A stretch of DNA of 64,000 nucleotides from Balanoglossus misakiensis. Lineage: Eukaryota > Animalia > Hemichordata. The position numbers and the translations under genes were made by a program. Where the stretch lies: NCBI GenBank assembly GCA_040954595.2, contig CM082595.2:6934193-6998192 (forward strand), read 5' to 3'. The notes beneath the pieces were generated by a model that did no database searches, had not been told where the DNA came from, and saw only the letters and a program-made list of their open reading frames with translations. Numbering within the stretch: position 1 is the stretch's first letter; every line of letters begins with the position of its first letter. This document shows, piece after piece, positions 14,201 through 24,588 of the stretch.

Positions 14201-17200
14201 CAAGATATGGTAAAGTAGGTCAAAGGTCACCTGAGGTCACCCAAAATTTGGGCAAGAAATTTTGACCCTATACTGGTCCATGCCCCACAAGAACGAAACC
14301 TATAGCCCTATTGGTTAGCCTGGAATTAGGTATGCACATAATTAATGAGGTATGCAGGTGTCACAGGTGACCCCAAATTTTGGCTTTTCAATTTTAGTCC
14401 TAACCCTCCAAACGCCAAGTCTGTACCTGCTCTGGATGCCGAGATATAGGAAAGTAGGTCAGAGGTCACCTGAGGTCACCCAAAATTTGGGCAAGAAATT
14501 TTGACCCTATACTGGTCCATGTCCCACAAGAACGAAACCTCTAGCCCTCTTAGTTAGCCCAGAATTAGGTATGCACATAATTAATGAGTTAAGCAGGTGT
14601 TACAGGTGAGCCTAAAATTGTGCCTTTTATTTTGGTGCCATTGTGCTCACTGACCAATAGACAGTCACTGTACAGGACTATTGCACAGACCAGAATTCCA
14701 CAATAAGACATGGACATAGAGGTATAAGTAAAGGTATAAATTTATTAAAAAAATTAATATAAAAAAATCGGTCGATTTTTCATATTATTTTTTTTCGCTT
14801 AAAATTATTGACATATGCTAGGCTAGCTGCACACCAAAGTTGGAGATGATTGGCCTAACAGATTTTGAGATATGTATGCATATTTATCCAAAATAGTATG
14901 TGGTCATAGCTTTACTATGGAAAGTATAGGCCCATGGCTTGGTAAAAAAATATGAAAAATAATACTTAAAAATCTTCTTCTCAAAATTGGCATGGCCAAT
15001 GGCCTTGACATTTGGCAAGTAGGACACTGACCACATGGTCCGCAAAAGTTGCTAAAAGAATTTTGATATCTCCATTCATATGCAAATAAGGCCGATTTGG
15101 AAATTTTGCTCATATATGGTCATCAGGTCACGTGACTAATTTAACATTCACAAGGGTACTGCACTAGCTCTCATTGGCCTGCACCATTGTGCCAAGTTTG
15201 AAATTGTTAGGTTTAGCAGTTTTCCAGATCTACCTCGCCAAAGAAAACGACAGAAGAAGAAAAAGAAGAAGAAGTAGAAGAAAAAAGCCAGTAATACCAA
15301 TAGGGCCCAAGCCTGCTGGGCTTGGGCCCTAAAAAAAGCCAGTAATACCAATAGGGCACAAGCCTGCTGGGCTTGTGCCCTAAATATAGCTGCAAGCAGC
15401 GATGACGGGCACAAGCTTAAGCCGAAGGTCAAAGGTCATATGTGGTCACCCAAAATTTGGGCAAAAAGTTTTGACCCCCATACTAGTCCAGGTCCAACAG
15501 AAACCTGACCTCTAGCCCTATTGGTTTGTCTGAAATTAGAAATGCACATAATTAATGTTGTAAAGTGGAAGACTCCATTAATAGTTCGATCCATCCAAAC
15601 ACAAATGATGTACCTGTTCTGGATGTCGAGATATAGCAAAGTAGGTCAAATGTCACCTGAGGTCACCCAAAATTTGGGCAAAATTTTTGACGCCATACTG
15701 ATCCATGTCACACAAGAACAAAACCTCTAGCCCTATTGGTTAGCCTGGAATTAGGTATGCACATAATTAATGAGATATGCAGGTGTCACAGGTGACCCCC
15801 AATTTTGGCTTTTCAATTTTAGTCCCAACCCTCCAAACGCCAAGTCTGTGCCTGCTCTGGTTGCCAAGATATGGTAAATTAGGTCAAAGGTCACATGAGG
15901 TCACCCAAAATTTGGGCAAAATTTTTGACGCCATACTGATCCATGTCACACAAGAACAAAACCTCTAGCCCTATTGGTTAGCCTGGAATTAGGTATGCAC
16001 ATAATTAATGAGATATGCAGGTGTCACAGGTGACCCCCAATTTTGGCTTTTCAATTGTAGTCCCAACCATGCAAACACCAAGTCTGTACCTGCTCAGGAT
16101 GCCGAGATATAGGAAAGTAGGTCAAAGGTCACCTAAGGTCACCCAAAATGTGGGCAAGAAATTTTGACCCCATAGTGGTCCATGTCTCACAAGAACAAAA
16201 CCTCTAGGCCTATTAGATAGCCCGGAAGATATGGTAAAGTAGGTCAAAGGTCACCTGAGGTCATACAAAATTGTGGCAAGAAATTTTGACTCTATACTGG
16301 TCCATGTTCAACAAAAACCAAACCTTAACCCTATTGGTTAGCCTGGAATAAGCTATGCACATAATTAATGAGATATGCAGGTGACCCCCATTTTGGCTTT
16401 TCAATTTTAGTCCCAACCCTCCAAACGCCAAGTCTGTACCTGCTCTGGATGCCAAGATATGGTAAAGTAGGTCAAAGGTCACCTGAGGTCATACAAAATT
16501 TGGGCAAGAAATTTTGACCCTATACTGGTCCATGTTCAACAAAAAGCAAACCTATAGCCCTATTGGTTAGCTAGGAATTAGGTATGCACATAATTAATGA
16601 GATATGCAGGTGTCACAGGTGACCCCCATTTTGGCTTTTCAGTTTTAGTCCCAACCCTCCAAACGCCAAGTCTGTACCTGCTCTGGATGCCGAGATATAG
16701 GAAAGTAGGTCAAAGGTCACCTGAGGTCACCCAAAATGTGGGCAAAAATGTTTGACCCTATACTGGGCCATGTCCCACAAGAATGAAACCTCTAGCCCTC
16801 TTAGTTAGCCCAGAATTAGGTATGCACATAATTAATGAGTTAAGCAGGTGTTACAGGTGAGCCTAAAATTTTGCCTTTTATTTTGGTGCCATTATGCTCA
16901 CTGACCAATAGACAGTCACTGTACAGGACTATTGCACAGACCAGAATTCCACAATAAGACGTCGACATAGCTTAACCATAGAGGTATAAGTAAAGGTATA
17001 AATTTAATAAAAAAATTAATATAAAAAAATCTGTCGATTTTTCATATTTTTTTTTTCGCATAAAATTATTGACAAATGCTAGGCTAGCTGCACACCAAAG
17101 TTGGAGATGATCGGCCGAACAGATTTTGAGATATGTATGCATATTTATCGAAAATAATATGTGGTCATAGCTTTACAATGTAAAGTATAGGCCCATGGCT

Positions 17201-18974
17201 TGGGCAAAAAATATGAAAAATAATACTTAAAAATCTTCTTCTCAAAATTGACATGGCCTATGGCCTTGACATTTGGCATGTAGGACACTGACCACATGGT
17301 CCGCGAAAATCGCTAAAAGAATTTAGATATCTCCATTAATATGCAAATTAGGCCCTTTTGAAAACTTTGCCCATATATGGTCACTAGGTCACGTGACTAA
17401 TTAAACATTCACAAGGGTACTGCACTAGCTCTCATTGGCCTGCACCATTGTGCCAAGTTTGAAATCTGTAGGTTTAGCCGTTTTCCAGATCTAGCTGGCC
17501 GAAAAAACTACACAAGAAAAAAAAAAAGAAGAAGAAGAAGAAGAAGTAGAAGAAATATAGCTGCAAGCAGCAATAGCGGGCCCAAGCGAACATAGCACAT
17601 AGCAACATACCAATAAGCATATCTGCTCAGGATGCCACGATATGGTAAAGTAGGTCAAAGGTCACCTGAGTTCATGCAAAATTTGGGCAAGAAATTTTGA
17701 CCCTATACTGGTACATGTTCAACAAAAACCAAACCTATAGCCCTATTATTTAGCCTGGAATTAGGTATGCACATAATCAATGAGGTAGGCAGGTATCACA
17801 GGTGACCCCCAATTTTGCCTTTTCAATTTTAGTCCCAACCCTCCAAACGCCAAGTCTGTACCTGCTCTGGATGCCAAGATATGGTAAAGTAGGTCAAAGG
17901 TCACCTGAGGTCATACAAAATTGTGGCAAGAAATTTTGACTCTATACTGGTCCATGTTCAACAAAAACCAAACCTATAGCCCTATTGGTTAGCCTGGAAT
18001 TAGGTATGCACATAATTAATGAGATATGCAGGTGTCACAGGTGACCCCCATTTTGGCTTTTCAGTTTTAGTCCCAACCCTCCAAACGCCAAGTCTGTACC
18101 TGCTCTGGATGCCGAGATATAGGAAAGTAGGTCAAAGGTCACCTGAGGTCACCCAAAATGTGGGCAAAAATTTTTGACCCTATACTGGGCCATGTCCCAC
18201 AAGAACGAAACCTCTAGCCCTCTTAGTTAGCCCAGAATTAGGTATGCACATAATTAATGAGTTAAGCAGGTGTTACAGGTGAGCCTAAAATTTTGCCTTT
18301 TATTTTGGTGCCATTATGCTCACTGACCAATAGACAGTCACTGTACAGGACTATTGCACAGACCAGAATTCCACAATAAGACGTGGACATAGCTTAACCA
18401 TAGAGGTATAAGTAAAGGTATAAATTTAATAAAAAAATTAATATAAAAAAATCTGTCGATTTTTCATATTATTTTTTTTCGCATAAAATTATTGACAAAT
18501 GCTAGGCTAGCTGCACACCAAAGTTGGAGATGATCGGCCGAACAGATTTTGAGATATGTATGCATATTTATCGAAAATAATATGTGGTCATAGCTTTACT
18601 ATGTAAAGTATAGGCCCATGGCTTGGGCGAAAAATATGAAAAATAATACTTAAAAATCTTCTTCTCAAAATTGACATGGCCTATGGCCTTGACATTTGGC
18701 ATGTAGGACACTGACCACATGGTCCGCGAAAATCGCTAAAAGAATTTAGATATCTCCATTAATATGCAAATTAGGCCCTTTTGAAAACTTTGTCCATATA
18801 TGGTCATCAGGTCACGTGACTAATTAAACATTCACAAGGGTACTGCACTAGCTCTCATTGGCCTGCACCATTGTGCCAAGTTTGAAATCTGTAGGTTTAG
18901 CCGTTTTCCAGATCTAGCTGGCCGAAAAAACTACACAAGAAAAAAAAAAAGAAGAAGAAGAAGAAGAAGTAGAA

Positions 18975-19307
18975 GAAAAACCAGGATAATAACAATAGGG
19001 CCCAAGCGCTGCATGCGCTTGGGCCCTAAAAACCAGGATAATAACAATAGGGCCCAAGCGCTGCATGCGCTTGGGCCCTAAAGATGAAAAACCCCAGTAA
19101 TACCAATAGGGCACAAGCCTGCTTGGCTTGTGCCCTAAAAACCCAGTAATACCAATAGGGCACAAGCCTGCTTGGCTTGTGCCCTAAAAAGATGAAAAAC
19201 CCCAGTAATACCAATAGGGCACAAGCCTGCTTGGCTTGTGCCCTAAGAAGACAAACTCCAGCAATAACAGAAGGGGACCAAGCGCCTGAGGGCGCTTGGT
19301 CCCCTAA
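18975..19307 (-). repeat. Stack of six ~50-60 bp HINE terminal hairpin modules
   Basis: Two copies of gggcccaagcgc-tgcat-gcgcttgggccc, three of gggcacaagc-ctgcttg-gcttgtgccc and one of ggggaccaagcgcc-tgag-ggcgcttggtcccc. Each ends in ctaa (about 19029, 19081, 19138, 19187, 19246, 19307). Confidence 0.95.
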
Positions 19308-19697
19308 ATAGTTCTTATAATATGCTCTTCTGGACGGAATAAGGTATAGATTTAAGCAGGGAATATTTTTAAATCCATAATAATATTGATGATGCTCGTC
19401 TGAGTCACAATATAATTTGAGAGACCACAGTTGGAACATGAGTAAATGGCGCCAACATTTAAATTGTTGGCGAACACCAGTCGAAAGTTCAATTCCGAAA
19501 GAACAAAAGTTACCTCAAAGTGGCGCCTGAGCAGAAGGATATTGTTTTTATCGCCATACTAGTTGATGTACCGTTACATTACCTTCTACTAAGTTTTAAT
19601 ACAATTAGTTCGGACTACACGTAGACTGACATATAGACCCAAATAAACAAGTCTCTCCAGACTATGTACATTATTAAATATTCAAGTATACCCACTA

Positions 19698-20091
19698 TAG
19701 TTCAGGAGCTAAACCCCAAATTTTGGCTTAATTGTGCACTTTGGGATAAAAGCACAAAACTTGGTACAGTTAAGCATTGACTCAAAGCGGACATTTTCCA
19801 ATATTGATCCCAAAAGACAGAGTACCCTCTAGTGGCCAGAAACTGACATTCATACTTTAAAATCGTATTTTGGGATCCATATTGGAAAATGTCCACGATG
19901 GGTCAATAAATAATTATACCAAATTTAATGCTTTTAACCCGAAGTGCACGATTTTAAAGTATGAATGTCTGTTTCTGGCCACTAGAGGGCGCTGTCATTC
20001 AGAAAATGGCCGCCAAGGGTCAATGCATAAATGTACCAAGTGTCATGCTTTTAACCCAAAGTGCACGATTTTTTGGTTAACTGCCCCACTA
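19698..20091. mobile_element. Non-autonomous TIR element with TAG...CTA termini (Academ-like)
   Basis: Left end tagt...gtgcactttgggataaaagcacaaaacttggtaca matches the reverse complement of the right end, tagtggggcag...gtgcactttgggttaaaagcatgacacttggtaca. There is also an internal inverted pair around ccctctagtggccagaaa / tttctggccactagaggg. No clear TSD. Confidence 0.55.
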
Positions 20092-20227
20092 CCAGTGCAC
20101 TCCTTCACATTAAATGTTCAAATCTAATGCAATGATTGTGAAAGTCCTAACTGTGACTTTGTCACTCGGAAAAGAGATCCGTTAATGTTTGGCTTACAAT
20201 AAATCATCATTAGCCTTAGATATTTTG

Positions 20228-23200
20228 TCAAGGGTGGAAGAATGACAACTGTTTCAAATATGAGCAACAGTTAGAAAACCATTTCTTCCACTGTGACATA
20301 AAGCTTACCAGCTGAAAGAGTGCATGTACCATCATCGCTGTCACTACAAGTGACATCATTACAGTAACTGCAATTAAGCTGCCGAAGACCAAACCAGTCA
20401 TGGTAACCATGTTTTCGATGAATGAAAGGGACGATTCAGGTGCCATTTCAACATTGGCGTTAGCAAGTGTTGACTCTGTGGAACAAGGTAAAAATTAACT
20501 ATTATAAGTGAACTCTTCACCACACAGAACTTACCCATGGGCAACACAAGAAACCCCAAAATGACAGACTTTGATGTTGGTCATGTGACTTTTGTGCTAA
20601 CAGAAGGATTTATGCGGCTACGTTGCAACATTGCACTTTTAGTTTTAATAAAGTGCATGGATAAAAGTGTTGATCACTTAATTTATTAGTTATGGTAGAT
20701 ATAATTTGAAAGGAGTTAGATCTTATCAGAGTCACTGATAACTAAATGAATTGTGTTTCCTAAATTGTCGATAACGAGGAATTGATCATGTGTTGTGAAA
20801 AACACACTCTTCCTCCGGCCTGTCAGATAAAAGGCAGTACTTATTATGTCATACTTTTTATGTTAACCAACTTAAGAGCATATTTTCTGTAATTGTTTAT
20901 GTAGCTGGGTAGATTATCCATGTCAATTGTATTTTACCTTTTCCAAGAAAAGTTAACTCCACTTTGCATCTGTAATATCGCCAAGTTTCTATTACTGTTG
21001 TAAACCTTATAGTTTTGCCCAGTATCTTAAGGTCCGTCATGGCGTTCAAATTCATTTGAATAGTTCGGTGAAGAGAACCATTTTTGTAGGAAGTCCATAA
21101 TGATTCCAGTGATGTGATGTTTGGACACAGCACAACTATCGACAAACTATTATGTCCGATGTTGAGACACTCGATTCCTAGATTATGTAGAAATTTTTCA
21201 AGCCATGGTATGTCTTTACATGATTTTATTTGTCGGAGTATTTTGTCCACTGATTCCTTCACTCCCTCAACACCAATTTGAAGACTACCTGGAAATGGAA
21301 TAAATAACAGCAATTAAGGGTTATCTAAACAATATTCCCTTATTTTATTGACTAGTTTAGAACACACACATGTCTTTGTTAAAGCCCCATGACGTTCAAC
21401 TCAATAAAATTTGTCAAGCTTTAAATATCTCTGATAATCTTGCAAAGGCTTTTAATTCTAAGAATTGAATAATATTGCCCGATACTATATCAAGATAGAC
21501 CTTATTTTTGACAAAATGTTTACAAAATTGAAAAAAAAATATCAGTACAGTTGAAATTTCGAGCAATTTTAAAAACTACGAAATATTGCAATGACAAAAT
21601 AAAAATGTCTCAATGGATCATGCTTTGTTTATGACGTTTCAAAGTGGGGAATGCAACGTTTCCTCTGTATTTTGCCTTTCCACACGATGGCTGCCATATT
21701 CCTTTGCGGCCCCACTTTATTCTTTGTGTGGATAAAACTTGCATTAGGGTGGATAGTACTTATACTTCAGTGCATACAGTTTGAAAAAAAGGTATGGTAA
21801 TTATCCCAAAAGTTGCGGCTCATTGGGCTTTAAGGGACCATCGTAAAGAGATGATCGAATGAAGTATTGGACCAGGTGGAGGTCAAGTTTATGGTAAAAT
21901 TGACAAAATAACGGCACTGTTTTAGCAACGAAAAGAGGAAGGATTATGTGTACCAGGAGAATAAAAAAATGGAAAACGGCGAAGTTATTCCAATCGTTTT
22001 AAAATTATGCCTATCTAACGACGAGCAGAAGTTTTCCTGCTTTTGTATTTCACATGCCTTGCTGAAAAATAACAATTTGGCAACAGGGGGTGTTTGACTA
22101 CAACTAGTTAGATATACCTTACCATTTGTAGTGAAGTAAACATTGTTAGATGTCGTCGACCCGGGTGATTTCTTGCGACCATTATGATTCTGATATCTGC
22201 CATATCTGAAATCTTATAAATAATGGAAAAGTGCAATATATCATTAAACTGTAAACATTTTCTAAAAATAAGATTTTTTCGCATTTTTAGTGTGGACCTT
22301 TCTCTCTTAACACTCTTTGTATCTGTCTGTCTACCTATGTAAGACGTCTGTCAGTCTGCTTGTCTTGTCTGTCAGTATGAAATGACCGTTTCTTACCTTC
22401 GATATTACCTTTTTGATACAACTTCCCATGAACTTCACATTTCATCATGTCCAAAAACGTTTCCCAGTACATGGCGATTATTCCATTTCGTATGCACCAT
22501 TTTAAATCCTCCTGAAGTTTCTTCGCATTCTCACAAAATGCTGTATACTGGGATCCGTGACTTAGTATTCCTTCCAGCCTACTCCACCAGATCTCTGCCG
22601 CTTGTTTCTCGTCATCATTAATGCCAAGCTTATCGACAACAACAGTTTTAAAATGATGTGTCATGTTCTTTTGAACAAATTCAGAAAATCCTGAATGCAC
22701 AGTACTTAATGTAGGTACACCAGCAGCGCTCGACATAAAACTGAGTATACCAAATGGGTCGTTTTTAGGGGCAAATAAATGCAAATGACATTGTTGAAAA
22801 TCTCTTACAGCCTTTGGCATGATGCTTCCTTCTAAGTTGTACGGATGAATGGATAAGAATCGAGAATTAGAAATGTTCTGTAGACTGTTCTTGCAATCGG
22901 TTGAAATTGATGGATGGAGTCCTCGAATTTTCCACTTGATATATTTTGAATTTTCAAAATCATTTGCAATTTTACCAATTGTAAGAGCAGAAATCCCTAA
23001 GTTTTTAGTACATTCTTCGGTGTTCTTTGAAGAAAAATCGAATGTTAAAATCTCAATGGTGTGCTCTAAAGATGCAGATTGAATATTCATGTCTAACAAC
23101 ATATTGTCGACCTGCGGGATGATTTGGATATGTTCTGTTTGTATGCCTGCGCGAAATTTATTTTCGAAATGCTTATATATTCTTGGCCCTATTGAGATGA

Positions 23201-24215
23201 TGAACCGTGCCTTTTGAGCATATTCTAGAATCTCTTCTTCACGTTCTTCAACGCAACTGGGTTTCAAGTCAGCGTCCTCGGGTATGTAGTTAATAACTAG
23301 TATTAAACTGGCTTTCGCAAATATTGATTCATGTATACTGCGAGCGGCCATGGCAAGTCTTTCGTTGTTTGCACACCCGATTACTACTGAGATGTTATTC
23401 AATTTGTCAAGATCAGGAAAGACGTGTTTGTGGATCATAAGACGTTCTTGATGCGACAGTGTTCCAGGTGTGTCTGTTTTGCCGATGATCAAATTAATTT
23501 TACTATTTTTAGCATCCGCGATTTCATCTTCAGAAGGTTCAAACACAGTGATGTAAACATCATACCCGCTGTTTGTCAGCTGTGTAACCAAATCTTTCTG
23601 AATGATGTTCCAGAAAAAGTCTCCCGACCGTGACCACCACTCGGTACCAGTTATCAGGACGCCAGTCCCTAATAATTATAGAAATTGGCGAAAACATAAT
23701 TAAGTTAATATGTATTTTCCTGACCTAAGGAAATGTCCCTACGTTACATACAGGGGATCAGGAGGATGTTCAATTTTCTTGGTGATTTTGTTCTATGTCC
23801 CCATTCAATTTTTGTATTTTTCTGCCCAATGTAACATACATATTGTCATGTCTGTACTAACTAGCTCATGAATAATGTATGATGCGTTGCCTTGGTTATG
23901 CAATGCATGCTGGGTGATGTCTATTAAAGATGGCTGACTAGTGTGAAAATACTACAACTTGTATGTGTGGTTTAATCCGATATCACCTCCGACATCCTTG
24001 CCAGAGGATGTTACACATTACGTACATACATAATTGCATGCACGCACGCACGAACACACGCACGCATGCTTACATACATACATACATACATGTACATACA
24101 TACATACATACATACATACATACATACAAAATACATACATACATGCACACACACATACATACATACGCACGCACACACACACACATACATACATACGCAC
24201 GCACGCACACATACA

Positions 24216-24246
<31 letters not shown>

Positions 24247-24588
24247 GCGTGCACACGCTCAAGCGTGTGCATTTACTTGTCCCCCCCCCCCCCCCCCGGT
24301 CGCTATCATGTGACTAATCCATCATGAGTCTATTATCACACTGCAATATTCTGCATGCGAACGCGTTAATTGGTACTCCTTTACACACGTACGACCCTAT
24401 CACAAAACTCCAGCTGCTAATTGAATTATTCAAAGAATTAAGCTGCGGTACTTACCTTTGCTTGTTAAGGCATCCATTTGGTCACAAGTGGTGTGGTGAT
24501 TTGGTTGCATTAATGGAGATACCTTGCCACACAAAACGAGGCAGGTAAGAATATAAGTAATTAATATAAGTCGGGCTAGAGATAACAT
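20228..24588 (-). CDS. Spliced gene: N-terminal hydrophobic segment + GT4/GT-B-like glycosyltransferase + TRADD-N-like domain + C-terminal transmembrane helix. Predicted coding exons 24588-24456, 23668-22397 (alternative donor 22409), 21287-20938, 20475-20228
   Basis: All introns are GT-AG and phase 1, and the exons join in frame (…LTSK-G-TGVLITGTEWWSRSG…; …-G-SLQIGVEG…; …FLGK-E-STLANANVEMAPE…). The large exon has a GT4-type C-terminal motif (LHLFAPKNDPFGILSFMSSAAGVPTLSTVHSGFSEF). Exon 3 has a TRADD-N-like pattern (NSLSIVVLCPNITSLESLWTSYKNGSL…TTVIETWRYYRCK). The start codon is uncertain because the exon-1 frame is open further upstream. Confidence 0.7.
21383..21829. mobile_element. Kolobok-type MITE in an intron
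   Basis: Flanked by TTAA on both sides. Imperfect TIR: AGCCCCATGACGTTCAACT versus the reverse complement AGCCCAATGAGCCGCAACT. Confidence 0.65.
24012..24256. repeat. (TACA)n/(CA)n/(CGCA)n microsatellite followed by a C run at about 24281-24297
   Basis: Read directly from the sequence. Confidence 0.95.

Larger units (their letters stand above)
1..19307 (-). mobile_element. Array of about 13 non-autonomous Helentron-associated (HINE/DINE-1-like) elements of ~1.2-2.2 kb, at least three subfamilies, nested and tandem; continues upstream of the window
   Basis: On the minus strand each unit reads: TT, subTIR GGGCCCAAGC plus its inverted copy (hairpin), (TTC)n, unique body, 2-5 tandem ~240-bp subrepeats, subTIR GCTTGGGCCC, stem-loop GCTGC-TT-GCAGC, TATATT. 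The stem-loop ends (+ strand gctgcaagcagc) are at about 210, 1692, 2905, 4316, 6010, 7656, 9163, 10561, 11799, 13886, 15389 and 17560. No TSD; junctions fall in AA/TT. This matches the described DINE-1/HINE layout. Confidence 0.85.

Noticed and set aside
18975-19307. CRISPR-like appearance (regularly spaced palindromic repeats)
   Set aside because: The intervening sequences are homologous to each other rather than unique spacers, no cas genes are present, the context is eukaryotic, and the modules are HINE termini.
51-19439. Many short recurring ORFs (MTFDLL…, MCYVGLG…, MVIRSHD…)
   Set aside because: They are chance frames in repeated non-coding element sequence, with variable length, frame changes through the microsatellite and no domain signature.
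22123-22205. Candidate extra minus-strand exon of the GT4/TRADD-N gene
   Set aside because: It has plausible splice sites, but its 83-nt length breaks the phase-1 frame, and the flanking exons join correctly without it. It could be a poison exon, but that is unsupported.
23963-24327. HTYI/MYVC-repeat ORFs
   Set aside because: These are translations of a (TACA)n microsatellite.
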